A stretch of 64,000 nucleotides of DNA from an uncultured bacterium (GCA_949291375.1 CASEVI010000003.1:14224-78223); one strand, 5' to 3'. Positions 27,825 through 38,838 are shown, numbered from the stretch's first letter. A program made the numbers and translations. The notes: generated by a model not told the origin, from the sequence alone.

Positions 27825-28802
27825 ATGAAAGACAAGAAACAACTAAAAATTTTTAACATGATTAATGACCAGATTTTAGAGTGCTTAAAAAATGATAGAT
27901 TTCCAGGCATTGCACCAAGTATCAAACTACAAGATAGTTATTTTGATTTTGCATTTAACTATTTTAGTGAAAGACCATACACGGGCGTGAATAAGATATT
28001 TTTAAAGCCTGGTGCTTATGTTTGTTTTAGTCAATTAAAAGAACACGGCTTAAAACTTAAAGAAACACACCAAACATATAGAGCTTTTCAATCATGGTTC
28101 AAGACATGGTTAAAAATAAAAACGGAAGATGGCGAGCAAATAATACCAAAAGACATCTATGAAAAAAACGGTATGCAAAACGAAATCATAGACACGTTAA
28201 TTAGTTGCACATATTCATACCAAATCGTTTTTAACATCGAAGATATTGAAAATCTTCCAGAAAGAAAACTAAAGACGGGCAAAAAGACACCATTCGTTTT
28301 AGTTGAAAGTAGCGAGAATAGAAATCCACTCTGCGATTTATTCTTAAATGCATACGTTAAACGAGAAAAGATAAACGTATATAAGGGCGAAAATTCTTAC
28401 TATGACCCTAAACACGATGAAATCACATTGAAAGATTTCACAACATTTAAAAATGCAAACGAATTTTATGAACAATACTTTCATGAGTGCGCTCATTCAA
28501 CAGGTGCTTATACACGACTTAATAGAAAGTCAATTGTTGAAAGTCAAGCACGATTTGGAAGTGGCGAATATAACCTAGAAGAAATTGTCGCAGAAACATG
28601 CGCAATGTATTCGCTTAAAGAAATGGGAATGCTCACAAATGCACAAGTAAATAATTGCATTGCTTATATCAAAGGCTATTGGCAAACCGAAGAGGCTCAA
28701 AAAGAAATCAAGAAAGACCCTAGCGTATTAGCAAAAGCATTAACAAATGCAGAAAGAGCATTTAATTACATTTTCAAAAAGGAGCGTTATGCAAAAGATT
28801 AA
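27825..28802 (+). CDS. ArdC-like antirestriction protein (ssDNA-binding domain plus zincin-like domain)
   Basis: NYFSERPYTGVN N-terminal motif; YYDPKHDEI, FHECAHSTG...RLNR, EEIVAE. Confidence 0.85.
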   Translation: MKDKKQLKIFNMINDQILECLKNDRFPGIAPSIKLQDSYFDFAFNYFSERPYTGVNKIFLKPGAYVCFSQLKEHGLKLKETHQTYRAFQSWFKTWLKIKTEDGEQIIPKDIYEKNGMQNEIIDTLISCTYSYQIVFNIEDIENLPERKLKTGKKTPFVLVESSENRNPLCDLFLNAYVKREKINVYKGENSYYDPKHDEITLKDFTTFKNANEFYEQYFHECAHSTGAYTRLNRKSIVESQARFGSGEYNLEEIVAETCAMYSLKEMGMLTNAQVNNCIAYIKGYWQTEEAQKEIKKDPSVLAKALTNAERAFNYIFKKERYAKD

Positions 28803-29013
28803 AGATGTGAAAAGAAAAATTCGTGTTTATTTATATAATCGCAAAAAGAAAAAATGTGAGTTAAATGATTTAACTCAAAGACAATACAAAAAATATTCAA
28901 AGCAAGGTGTCGTAATTAGTAAATACGAGCCTACTTGTGAAACTTTTTTAATGGATACAAACGATAAATTTTTACTAGATAATTACGACAAATATGGGAG
29001 GAAAAAACAATGA
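28789..29013 (+). CDS. Hypothetical protein
   Basis: AAGGAG SD before MQKIKDV. Confidence 0.55.
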   Translation: MQKIKDVKRKIRVYLYNRKKKKCELNDLTQRQYKKYSKQGVVISKYEPTCETFLMDTNDKFLLDNYDKYGRKKQ

Positions 29014-29133
29014 ATATCGTAATGGTTTATAACAAGAAAACGGGCAAAAAAAAGCCCGTTTTAATTAAGTCTTTACACGATTATTTACGTGTTGAAAGAA
29101 ATAGAAATTTAATAATTTTAAGGGGCAATTAAT

Positions 29134-30165
29134 ATGGGAAAAATTAAAATTAACATTTACAACACAAACGCAATTGTTTTAAACGAATTAATGAAACAAA
29201 ACGCAGTCGAAACAACCGAACAATTCGATGAAGTTGAAGTTGATGAAGATACTTATAACGAAATAATGCAAGAACAAGAAGGCGAAAATAAACAAGAGCA
29301 AAAAGTTGAATCAAAAACTTCAAAAAAGAAAAAGCAAGAAAGTGAAGAAGAGCAACAAGAAGAAAAACCAAAACAAAAAATGGACACTTCTACTTCTCTT
29401 TACATCAAACCTAAATGTTACGACCACGTTAAGAATTTACTTAATGCTGGATTAATACCATTACTAGTAGGTCAAGCAGGTGTAGGCAAAACAGAAATGG
29501 CTATTAATTTAGCGAAAGATTTAGGGCTTAACTTTTATAGTGAAGCACAAATTACCGACCCATATACAATTAAGGGCTATATGGACGCAAACGGCAAATA
29601 TGTTGAAAGCAATTTCTTTAAGGCTTATACCGAAGGTGGTTTATTCTTACTTGATGAAATAGACGCATCTGATCCAAACGCTTTAGTTGCAATGAACCAA
29701 GCAATGGCTAATAGTTGTTATTCATTCCCACACGGTGTTTTTAAGAAGCATAAAGATTTCCATTGTATTGCAACAGCAAATACTTTTGGCGATGGTGCTT
29801 CAATGGAATATGTTGGAAGGAACCAACTCGACACAGCAACCTTGAATCGTATGTGGACAACTATTGTTGAACCAGATAGCAAAGTCGAGAAAAAACTTTC
29901 AAAAGATACTGATTTAATTGCTTTCTTGCAAGACATTAGAAAAGTATGCAACCAATTAGAAAATCACGTAATTATTTCTTATCGTTCATTTATTGCATTA
30001 AACAAAATGAATGAGATTGAACCAGACAACTTAGTTGTCAATATAAAAGAATGTTTGTTCCCAAATTTAAGCAAACAAGACATCGCTCAAATATTTAATA
30101 ATTGTTGCTTTAGCGATAATAAATATTATCAAGCATTAAAAAAATTAGGGGGTTATGCAAAATGA
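29134..30165 (+). CDS. MoxR/CbbQ-type AAA+ ATPase
   Basis: GQAGVGKT Walker A, LLDEID Walker B, IATANTFG, LDTATLNR. Confidence 0.9.
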   Translation: MGKIKINIYNTNAIVLNELMKQNAVETTEQFDEVEVDEDTYNEIMQEQEGENKQEQKVESKTSKKKKQESEEEQQEEKPKQKMDTSTSLYIKPKCYDHVKNLLNAGLIPLLVGQAGVGKTEMAINLAKDLGLNFYSEAQITDPYTIKGYMDANGKYVESNFFKAYTEGGLFLLDEIDASDPNALVAMNQAMANSCYSFPHGVFKKHKDFHCIATANTFGDGASMEYVGRNQLDTATLNRMWTTIVEPDSKVEKKLSKDTDLIAFLQDIRKVCNQLENHVIISYRSFIALNKMNEIEPDNLVVNIKECLFPNLSKQDIAQIFNNCCFSDNKYYQALKKLGGYAK

Positions 30166-30980
30166 GACAATTCAACGATATAAATAACAAATGCTCTTTA
30201 AGAATTTACGATAATATCGGCGATTTTATAGAAAACATTAATAAAAGCGAAACAAAAAATATATATTTTGACATGTATTGCACTATTCAAAATATTAGCA
30301 CTCAAGATATGATTAATAACTCATATCTTGGGGATAAAAACCTTGCTTCAAAAATTAATAAACAAGTTGATATTGCTTCAAAAGAATTATCTACTGGAAT
30401 TGTCAATAGAAACAAATTACAAAACAGTTTTTATGGGTCAAAAGTGAACGTTCCTAAATATACAATGGGTCTTCCAGATAGTATGTATCGCTTTAAAAAA
30501 CAAGAAATAAATCAAAAAATATTAAACGTGTTAATTGATATTGGCTATCCTTGGAAAGTCAGCAATGAAGATGCAGAAAGAAAAATGATAGAAATATTTT
30601 CTTACATTACTTCACTTGAACAAAAAGGTTATCGAATACAATTAAATGTATCACACTTGGTTTACACAAATAATCAAGTTATGTTTGATAAAATCGGTAT
30701 AATAATACCTCTCAAAAAACCAAGCGAAAGATTAAACCTTATGCGTTTTATAACTATCTGTTGTAATCCAAAATTCTTTAGAACATTAATGTTTGCAGAA
30801 CTTAGAGAATACTGGCAAAACAAAGTTGCGAATTTAGGTTATGCAATGTGGTTGAATGAAAACTATTACTCAAAGTTTTTAAATGAGCTAGTAGCACCAA
30901 AACTTTACTCAAAGGAAGACAACCTTATAGCTCTTAATTATCATTCTGATTTAAAACAAGCATTTAGTAAATACTTATAG
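30162..30980 (+). CDS. vWA-like partner of the AAA+ ATPase
   Basis: ATGA overlap with the ATPase; GSKVNVPKYTMGLPDSM motif followed by a vWA-like strand (VLIDIG). Confidence 0.65.
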   Translation: MRQFNDINNKCSLRIYDNIGDFIENINKSETKNIYFDMYCTIQNISTQDMINNSYLGDKNLASKINKQVDIASKELSTGIVNRNKLQNSFYGSKVNVPKYTMGLPDSMYRFKKQEINQKILNVLIDIGYPWKVSNEDAERKMIEIFSYITSLEQKGYRIQLNVSHLVYTNNQVMFDKIGIIIPLKKPSERLNLMRFITICCNPKFFRTLMFAELREYWQNKVANLGYAMWLNENYYSKFLNELVAPKLYSKEDNLIALNYHSDLKQAFSKYL

Positions 30981-30991
30981 GAGGCTTTTAA

Positions 30992-32530
30992 ATGAACAAC
31001 ACAAGAGAAAAGATTTTAATAATGAGAAATTATTTAAAAGGCTGGAGCGATAAATACTCTAGCCTTTTCATTAAGCGTAGAAAGAATATTATTTATTACA
31101 AAAATCCAAACGGCTTAATGAAATTAACAATTGCTGAATTTAACGAATTATTTAACGATTTAGCAAAAGAAATTTATCAAGAAGACTTATCAACCAAGTA
31201 TTTAAAAATATTTGAAAAAATAGGCTATAAAGCAAAATAAAAAGGGAGAATTTATGAAACAATTAACAATTAACGACTTATTTAAACTTTGCAGACAAGA
31301 AATTGCAAAAGGAAACGGAGATAGAAGAATTTATACTGCCGATGATGATGAAGGGAATGGCTATCATGGAATTTATTATGCGTTCACTGAATTTAGTCAA
31401 GAAGATTGCGAAAATTCTTATGGTCTTGAAGACGAAAATGCTAAAGAAATAATTATTTTAGATTAAAAAGAGAGTTGATTTATGAAATTTTTTGAAACAG
31501 ATTTACATTATAAGGAAATTGAAGAACTAGAAAAACAAGGCTACAAAGTTTATCAAAGAAGAGATAATTGGGGTTATGAAAATGACACAATAGAAAAATG
31601 GGTTTTAGTTAATCATTTTAGTGAAATTGTTACAAAAGAAAATATTGATTTTGGAAAAGATAGATATATTAACTATGCTCAATTTGTAAGAAATAACGAA
31701 GAAGTTTTTAGTTTAAACGACTTATAGTGGGGAAGATATGACAAAAAGAGATTTTAATAAAGAATTATGTGATGAACTTGTTGGAAGAGGAATTTTAACT
31801 ACTCGAGAAGAATTACTTGATTATGTTAAATATTGCATTGATGAAGATTTTTTACCTACTGCCAGTCACATTTTGGAAGAATTAAGTCTTTCAAGTGCAG
31901 ATTATTTTTTAACTGATTATTCAACTGGTTGTTGCTCAATCAATGATATACGCACAAAGGATGATATTCTTTCTTTTTGCGACATTGAATTATTTTAGAA
32001 AGGAGATATAAATGAAAGAACAATTATATAAATGTGTAGCTGATTTTGAAGATGGCAATTGGTGTGTTGGCACTACCCAAACAATTGAAGAGTGGCGAAC
32101 AAATGCTCTTATGTGGGCAGATAGTGATGGTTTTGATGGCGTGATTAAAACTCTAAAAAAACTAAACGGAAAAGAATTAATCGATTTTATTCAAGATTTT
32201 TGGCAAATTAGAATTGTCGAAGTTAAAGGAGAATAAGCTATGGAAATTAAATTAATAAAAAAATACGATTTAGCAACTTATATAAGTAATATTGATTATT
32301 TTTACGATCGATATTGTGGAGAAAATAATCTTCCTTGTTATCAGTTATATTTAAACTTATTCAAAATAATATCAAAAAATTTGTTTAGAGAATTTATCGA
32401 ATATGTTGAAGATTTATTAAATAATAACTACCAACAAAAAAGTTTCGATGAAGATGATTTTATCGATTTTCTTATAAATGCATCTGATGATCTTATTGAT
32501 TTAAAAAAAAGCACCAACATTTTAAGTTAG
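30992..32530 (+). CDS. Run of six small, mostly acidic phage proteins (30992-31240, 31254-31466, 31482-31727, 31738-31998, 32012-32236, 32240-32530)
   Basis: Tightly packed ORFs, each with an SD; DDDEGNGYHG motif in 31254-31466. Confidence 0.7.
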
Positions 32531-32581
32531 TGCTTTTCTTGTTAGTGCTTATTTTAAGCATAATCATTATAGCACAATGGT

Positions 32582-32779
32582 TTATTCCGTTGTGCTATTT
32601 TTTTTGTCTAAAATTTCTATTAATTGACTAAACTCACTAATCAACGAACCTTGAAAATATTTTATTTGATTTTTGCTAACTGCCATATTTTCATTACTCG
32701 TATTCATAAATTCTAGTAAGTATAATAAATCGGTTTTAATTGCGTTTTTTAAACTTTCTAATCTTTCATCATCACTCAT
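32582..32779 (-). CDS. Hypothetical protein
   Basis: Coupled ORF at the end of the leftward operon. Confidence 0.55.
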   Translation of the reverse strand: MSDDERLESLKNAIKTDLLYLLEFMNTSNENMAVSKNQIKYFQGSLISEFSQLIEILDKKNSTTE

Positions 32780-33501
32780 AACAAAACACCTTTTTCTTTA
32801 AGATAATTTTTAATTTCTTCCAAGCGTTCTCTTTCTCGCTTATTTAACTTATTTTTAGCAATTAATACACTATATCGAACTTTTAATCGGTCTATCTTTT
32901 TTTGTTCAATATCACGCAAATGAGTAGCCTTTTTGAACTCGTTAATTTTTTCTCGTTGTTTCTTAATTAACTTTTGAGATTTTTTAACCTCTCCAAACTT
33001 CCACTCTTTCCATTCGCCATTGCTTGGAAGAACAACACGAAGATAGATATTTTTTTCTTTAAAGACTTTATCAAAAATCTTTTTTAAAGTAAGAAAATAT
33101 TCATCAATAAAATATGCACTGCCTTTTGTATCTTCAACTACTTTTATTCCGTTATCAAGATAACAAAAATCGCTTTCGTAATTAATCGCTGGTATTAAAT
33201 CGCCATTGCAATTAGTAAATTCATTTTGAACTCTTAAAACAAAGTGATATGTAAGATTACTTATCTTTCCTTCTTCTTGTAGTTTAGAAAGATACACGAA
33301 CCTATCTCTTTCTACTCGACTATCAAACTTAATTATGTCGTTTGGATTTAAGCTATTTTCAAGAGCGTAGTTTGTTGCTTTTGTTAAACCATCACGAGCA
33401 TTTTTGCTATTTTCAAAAGACACGCCATTTATATAAAATACTTGCTTTCCTTTTGCATAAACTAGATTTTGTTTATTCATATTCTTCTCCAAATGTTGCA
33501 C
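32776..33501 (-). CDS. DUF1064-like PD-(D/E)xK endonuclease
   Basis: KFDSRVE...GKISNL...YESDFCY...VVEDTKG. Confidence 0.75.
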   Translation of the reverse strand: MQHLEKNMNKQNLVYAKGKQVFYINGVSFENSKNARDGLTKATNYALENSLNPNDIIKFDSRVERDRFVYLSKLQEEGKISNLTYHFVLRVQNEFTNCNGDLIPAINYESDFCYLDNGIKVVEDTKGSAYFIDEYFLTLKKIFDKVFKEKNIYLRVVLPSNGEWKEWKFGEVKKSQKLIKKQREKINEFKKATHLRDIEQKKIDRLKVRYSVLIAKNKLNKRERERLEEIKNYLKEKGVLL

Positions 33502-33872
33502 ATCTCATCAACTGTGTAAGTGTTATTAAGTAATAAACGACAACCATTTTGCATATATCTTGAACAATGTTTGCAGTTAGGTATGGAACGAATTTTTAAG
33601 CAATCTTGAACGATATACGGAATTGATTTTCTGTTATTCAAACGACAATAATATTCATCGTATTTTTGAAAGAATGAAGTTATTTCTTTTTTAGTTTCAA
33701 CACTTGTATCGCCATCATTTTCGATTTTTGTTTTAATAATTTTTTTATTGTCTTTTAACTCTTCAAACAAAGCATTTCCACGAACTATATCATTGTGCGA
33801 CCTTGTTTTCTTATGCAATATTTTTTTGACTTCATTAATAGTCATTAACACAATATCTAAATAATTATTCAC
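33477..33872 (-). CDS. Hypothetical Cys-containing protein
   Basis: CKHC and further cysteines near the C-terminus. Confidence 0.55.
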   Translation of the reverse strand: MNNYLDIVLMTINEVKKILHKKTRSHNDIVRGNALFEELKDNKKIIKTKIENDGDTSVETKKEITSFFQKYDEYYCRLNNRKSIPYIVQDCLKIRSIPNCKHCSRYMQNGCRLLLNNTYTVDEMCNIWRRI

Positions 33873-34257
33873 TTGTTATCTCTCCATCTTGATCAACATG
33901 CTCAACAACATCAACAGGCTCTTGATACACTGTTTGCTCTTTTGCTTCACCATATGCGTCCCAAGATTTTACTCTAATTGCTACTTGATTATTATTCTTT
34001 CCTCGACCTTTCATATTCGTTAAAGTGCCTTGAATAAATAACTTATTTCCACGATTTAAAAATCTTGAAAGAGTATTAATTTGAGTAGAATTTTCGCTAT
34101 CGGTATCAAAGAAGAAACACAAAAAATAATTTTTACTTTTCTTACCATTAGGAACTGCAAGAGTGAACATAAGATACTTCATACCACTTGCAGAAATCTT
34201 TATTTCATTACTTTTTAAAGAATAGACTTCCCCACTTAAACAAACTGAATTAACCAT
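33865..34257 (-). CDS. ssb: Single-stranded DNA-binding protein
   Basis: MVNSVCLSG...FTLAV...LNRGNKLFIQGTL OB-fold pattern, acidic tail. Confidence 0.75.
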   Translation of the reverse strand: MVNSVCLSGEVYSLKSNEIKISASGMKYLMFTLAVPNGKKSKNYFLCFFFDTDSENSTQINTLSRFLNRGNKLFIQGTLTNMKGRGKNNNQVAIRVKSWDAYGEAKEQTVYQEPVDVVEHVDQDGEITSE

Positions 34258-34388
34258 TGCTGTTCCTCACTTTATACAACTTGCTTAAATATTTTTGTCT
34301 ATCTCTTTTGCATTTCCAACTTGTAGTTGTAGCGATTATTTGTTTAGTATAGGCAATTTCTTTGTTTAATTCTTCCGCTGTATATGCT

Positions 34389-34860
34389 TTATTCATACTT
34401 CATACATTCCTCAAAATCTTGCTTTAAATTGTTAAAAGCAATTTGCAAGTTATCAATATCTTCTTGGTTATCTATTGAATCTGGGTAAAGATAGAAAACA
34501 GAATATTTTAAATCGATAAAACCGATAACTAAATATTTAATATTTCCATCTTTTTCAAAAGAAAAAACTTTTTTATAACAATGTTCTTCAGAATTATAAA
34601 TATAACCTTTACTTTCTAAATATTCTTGTTTAGTCATCGTCTTCACACTCCATTACTTCTTTAAAATCAAAATGCAAATCATCATAAATTTCTTTAGCAT
34701 CATCTAATCTATGTTTTAGATCAATAATTCCCACATTTAATTTGTAATTGTAACAATCTAAATTAATGATTTTGACGAAACCATTTTCTAATTTAAACCA
34801 CTCATATTTTTTATAATTATAGGTATAACCTAATTGCTTTAATTTTTCAGTTTTAGTCAT
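34389..34860 (-). CDS. Two related small proteins (34389-34646, 34630-34860)
   Basis: Both start MTK..L...GY.YN and end DF.E.M. Confidence 0.6.
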
Positions 34861-35554
34861 TATGTTTTCTCCTTTCTCTCATACAATCTCTTAAAACATC
34901 ATCGCTATAATTTTCTATTCTAAATTGTCTTTTTAATTTAGCAGGAAGTAAGTCCCATAAATTATTAATCTGAACAATGGTATCGTTTAACTCCTTGTTA
35001 GTCCTATTGTATAATTTTTTATTATTTAAAAATTTAGAACTATTATCTAATGTAGGTCGTTTAAAATCTTTTTTAAGACCCCAAGTATCTAAAATACTTC
35101 TCTTATTCATATTAAATCTTGATTCGCTATACTTATACCTAAAACCATCAAGTTTTTTATATTCGCTAAAAGTTATATCTGGATTACTTTTTAATACTTC
35201 TTTCAAGTCATTATGTAGGTCTCTATTCTTTCTATTTTTACCTAAAATACATAAGCGTTTATGATAATACCAACTAGCAGTTTTATACGGATATTTAGCA
35301 ATTTTTAAATAATCACCATACATAAGGTCATTATGCTTTTTTAATATCTCTTTTAGTTCAGTGTCCTGCAATACTGATAGATAATAGCGGTTATTTTCTT
35401 CCGAATCTACCCACTCAATTTTTCTTCTATATTCTTTCCTAACTTTATAAAAATTCCTTTTATCAGCAGGAGAATTAGTGAGTTTTAAATATTCGCTATA
35501 TTTAAGGTTAATATTTTTAGCAAGGAGCTTCCTTATTTCTTCACTCTTGCTCAT
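34853..35554 (-). CDS. Basic protein with three internal repeats, probably DNA binding
   Basis: Repeats of the form LKE.LK.N.D....EY.KL. Confidence 0.6.
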   Translation of the reverse strand: MSKSEEIRKLLAKNINLKYSEYLKLTNSPADKRNFYKVRKEYRRKIEWVDSEENNRYYLSVLQDTELKEILKKHNDLMYGDYLKIAKYPYKTASWYYHKRLCILGKNRKNRDLHNDLKEVLKSNPDITFSEYKKLDGFRYKYSESRFNMNKRSILDTWGLKKDFKRPTLDNSSKFLNNKKLYNRTNKELNDTIVQINNLWDLLPAKLKRQFRIENYSDDVLRDCMRERRKHND

Positions 35555-35750
35555 TTCCTAATAACCTCTTAACTCCATCTTGAAGTTGTAATTTAGAATA
35601 TCTTAATAAAACATCGGCATTGTTAATCATCTGCTTTGCCAAATTGCATATAATAATTGCCTTTTTAAAATCAGCAGCGGTAAGTCCTTCACCTTTGCTT
35701 AAATTTTCGATTTGTTTTCCTAATTCTTGTTGAAGATCAAATAATGTCAT
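35541..35750 (-). CDS. Conserved small phage protein
   Basis: AIIICNLAKQMINNADVLL motif. Confidence 0.6.
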   Translation of the reverse strand: MTLFDLQQELGKQIENLSKGEGLTAADFKKAIIICNLAKQMINNADVLLRYSKLQLQDGVKRLLGNEQE

Positions 35751-35835
35751 AATATTTCTCCTTTAATTATTTTCCGTGTTTTAAATATAAAATTATTAAT
35801 TTCTTTTGCCTTTTCTTTCGTGATAATAATCTGTT

Positions 35836-36252
35836 TTAGTCATCTAACTCTAACTCCTTTAAAGTATAATAATGATTTAATTCAAGATTATTAAAAAGTT
35901 CTCTATCATTAAAAGAAAAACGACATTTAACTATATTCTTTTCACTCTCAAAACAAAGATAATATAAACGAGTCAATTCATCATATTCAATTTTAATAAG
36001 CTCTATTCCTCTATTTTTCATAAACTTTAAAACGCCCTTAATAAGTTCTTTTTCATCTTTCCTTAATAATGGTTCCTCATAAATTTCCCAATTATCACAA
36101 GTAAAATCATATCGATTAAAGTTATAATCTTTGCAGGTATCATTGTCGTAAATATGTATACCCTTTAATTCGATATAATGTTTTGGGTTCCAAAAAGTTC
36201 TTCTTATCTTTTTGCCTTCTCTTAATGCTGGTAATACTTCTTCAAATTTCAT
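35836..36252 (-). CDS. DUF2829 (Tad2-like) domain protein
   Basis: MKFEEVLPALREGKKIRRTFWN...D...DNWEIYE. Confidence 0.65.
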   Translation of the reverse strand: MKFEEVLPALREGKKIRRTFWNPKHYIELKGIHIYDNDTCKDYNFNRYDFTCDNWEIYEEPLLRKDEKELIKGVLKFMKNRGIELIKIEYDELTRLYYLCFESEKNIVKCRFSFNDRELFNNLELNHYYTLKELELDD

Positions 36253-36256
36253 TGTT

Positions 36257-36475
36257 TTACTCCTTTATAGATGGTGTTTCATAAAAATATAATGTTGCAA
36301 TAGTCATTTTACTTTTTAATGTTGCTCTTCCATAACCTTCGTGAAAACCATCATCATCTTCAATATATTCATAAAAATTAACTTTTTTATTAAAATTATG
36401 TTTTTCACTTTCTAAAATTTCATACTCATCACAATGTAAAAATTCTTTAATTTTTTCTAAATCATTCTTTGTCAT
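36257..36475 (-). CDS. Hypothetical protein
   Basis: AAAGGA SD, coupled ORF. Confidence 0.55.
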   Translation of the reverse strand: MTKNDLEKIKEFLHCDEYEILESEKHNFNKKVNFYEYIEDDDGFHEGYGRATLKSKMTIATLYFYETPSIKE

Positions 36476-36654
36476 TTTGTTCCTTTCGATAATCTTCTTT
36501 GCGAATAATTTTTATTGATGTTGGTATTACACGAGTAAAAATCTTGTCGTCAATTCGTAAGATTACAAATCTACTTCGTGTAGCACATATCTCAACATAG
36601 TTCTCATACTCGAAAGCAAATTCTTCTTTCTTCGGTGCATAGCCAGTTGTCCGT

Positions 36655-37095
36655 TCATTTGAGAGGCTTAATCGCTGAAATTTTACGTAAGGCATTCAAA
36701 ATACCATCCATGTTTTCGATGTCAATTTGTGATGTTATCTCTCTTTTTAATTTGCTTACAACTTGCTTAACGTGATTGTATTCAACATTAAGTTTTTTAG
36801 CGATTTTATTGTAATCAGTTTCTCCACTAATAATTTCAGCCAAAACATCAGCCTCTGTGTCATTACAATAAACAGCAAAATCTTTTAATTTTCTTAGAAG
36901 CGAATTTAATTCATCTTTGATATTGTCTTCGAGTAATATCAATGCGTTTAAATTTCGCTCTTTGTTTTTAATATCCCTTAAAATAAATTCTTCGGTTAAC
37001 TGCTCTTCCTTAATCATTTTTTCTAACTCTTTAATCACGAAAATATGTTTTTTATATTCAGTAATTATTAAGTTTAAATAATGCTTTTGAGCCAT
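36655..37095 (-). CDS. RinA/ArpU-like transcriptional activator (sigma4-type HTH)
   Basis: N-terminal coiled coil; YNKIAKKLNVEYNHVKQVVSKL HTH. Confidence 0.6.
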   Translation of the reverse strand: MAQKHYLNLIITEYKKHIFVIKELEKMIKEEQLTEEFILRDIKNKERNLNALILLEDNIKDELNSLLRKLKDFAVYCNDTEADVLAEIISGETDYNKIAKKLNVEYNHVKQVVSKLKREITSQIDIENMDGILNALRKISAIKPLK

Positions 37096-37096
37096 G

Positions 37097-37486
37097 TTAT
37101 TTCCCTCCTATTGTTTCGAGAGCCAATAACTTTGATAAATATGTGCTTTGTATTACTCTTCCAGTTGTTGAACGAGAAATATAAGTAAAATCTTCAACTA
37201 TCGGTAGTAATCGCAATTGTTCTAACGACCTTTTCTTTGCTTCATAAGGCTTTTTTACAAATGTAATTACTCTACGACTATATAAATTGCCTTCGATAGT
37301 AATTACATCTCCAATATTTAATTTCGTATCAAGTGCCTTTTCTTTTTGCTTACTTCCAAAATAAATTGGCAATTCTTTATTTTGATTTTCTCCGTGCCTA
37401 ATAATAAACGCTAGATACTTTTCTCCTTCAATTTCTACGATGGTTGCTTTAGAGGTAATAGTCCCAGTTATTTTAAAATCAGTCAT
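37097..37486 (-). CDS. Second SSB/OB-fold-like protein
   Basis: FKITGTI...LNIGDVITIEGNLYSR. Confidence 0.55.
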   Translation of the reverse strand: MTDFKITGTITSKATIVEIEGEKYLAFIIRHGENQNKELPIYFGSKQKEKALDTKLNIGDVITIEGNLYSRRVITFVKKPYEAKKRSLEQLRLLPIVEDFTYISRSTTGRVIQSTYLSKLLALETIGGK

Positions 37487-37620
37487 TATTTGCCTTCTTA
37501 ACGATGAACTCATCGCCAAATGGAATTACATAAACTTCAACAGATTTCCAATTAGGACCTAGCGACAATGCTCCATCTTGTTGCGTTTTCCTTTTAAACG
37601 GCTCTAATAATTTTCTTTCC

Positions 37621-38007
37621 TTATCTTCCATCTCTAATAAATACCTCCATAAATCTATCGTTTAGGAAGTCAAATTGACCATCTTTTTTAATCTTTTTGA
37701 CCTTTTGATAATACCTTGAAAGTTTAGGAACAATTCTATTCTTCCATTCATGATCAAGATATTTTTCAGCTTCTTCTTTTGTTGCAATTTTATATTTAAA
37801 ATTATCAATAATTACTATTTGCTCTACTTCATTGTTAATGTGATTAATAATTGTCCATAAATTACTACATTTGTCGTGCGAAGTAGTTTTGCATAATTTT
37901 AATTCGCTAAAATTATTCATTAATTCTTCTTGAGATACCCACGTAGAATTATCTTCTACATAGGCTCCCATTAGATAATCATAAATTCCCTTTTCGAGTG
38001 CTGTCAT
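37621..38007 (-). CDS. Hypothetical winged-helix-like protein
   Basis: 128-aa ORF in the replication operon. Confidence 0.55.
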   Translation of the reverse strand: MTALEKGIYDYLMGAYVEDNSTWVSQEELMNNFSELKLCKTTSHDKCSNLWTIINHINNEVEQIVIIDNFKYKIATKEEAEKYLDHEWKNRIVPKLSRYYQKVKKIKKDGQFDFLNDRFMEVFIRDGR

Positions 38008-38011
38008 ATAT

Positions 38012-38836
38012 TTACTTATTGATTATTTCTAACGCTTTCTTTTCGGTCTCTTCATCCGTTTCCATATCTGGTAATGTATCAGCAACCGTTGAAGTAACTT
38101 CGCCACTATCATCTTCGTTATCGACATATTCGTAATTATCTTTGCCATTAATAACTGCTTGGTCAGCTTGAACTGCCGTTTGAAGTTCAATAGACATAAC
38201 CCCATATTTTGAAAGCAATTGTTTTAAAACTGTCTTTTGTGCCATTGTGTCAAAATCACTTTTCCATAATGAAGTGGTTGTTGAATTAGTAAATGCTTTT
38301 GAATATCTTTTAGCGTGTTCCATACATTGCTTTGTAGTCCAATAAAGTGTTTTCTTAAAGCCATTAAGTAATTCAAAATAAGCAAAGTAGCCAACTACTG
38401 GCTTATCATCGAACTCATGAGAAAATTTAAACTCATCATCGCCAAATTCATCCTGCCCTATGTATTCACCTTCATGAACTGGTCTAACACCTAGTCTTTT
38501 ATATTGACCTGTTCTTTCAGCAAGTTGAATCAAACCTTTATACATAAGTTGGAATTGTGCTTTATCGCCAGTTTTAGTTTTATAAGGAACTAACGCACAA
38601 TAACCTAATGAACTTGAAAGTGATAATTTAAGTGAATTAGCCATTAATCCACCCGCAATTATTGAACCTGCGTCGCAAGTTTTTAAAGCATAATTATTTG
38701 CAACAACTGAAGTAATATCAGCGACAAACTTTTCAGCTACTTTTTTATCGGTTAAAGTTCCGTTGATCATTTGCTTATATGCGTCTGTTTTAATTGCTAC
38801 GCTAAATGGCAATTGTTTTTTTGTAATTTCGTTCAT
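38012..38836 (-). CDS. recT: RecT family single-strand annealing protein
   Basis: LGYCALVPY...AQFQLMYKGLIQLAERTG; WKSDFDTMAQKTVLKQLL. Confidence 0.95.
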   Translation of the reverse strand: MNEITKKQLPFSVAIKTDAYKQMINGTLTDKKVAEKFVADITSVVANNYALKTCDAGSIIAGGLMANSLKLSLSSSLGYCALVPYKTKTGDKAQFQLMYKGLIQLAERTGQYKRLGVRPVHEGEYIGQDEFGDDEFKFSHEFDDKPVVGYFAYFELLNGFKKTLYWTTKQCMEHAKRYSKAFTNSTTTSLWKSDFDTMAQKTVLKQLLSKYGVMSIELQTAVQADQAVINGKDNYEYVDNEDDSGEVTSTVADTLPDMETDEETEKKALEIINK

Positions 38837-38838
38837 CT

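Noticed and set aside
29134-30165. Genetic code 4 (TGA=Trp)
   Set aside because: Long genes are intact under code 11, Trp uses TGG, and TGA ends genes in ATGA overlaps such as 30162-30165.
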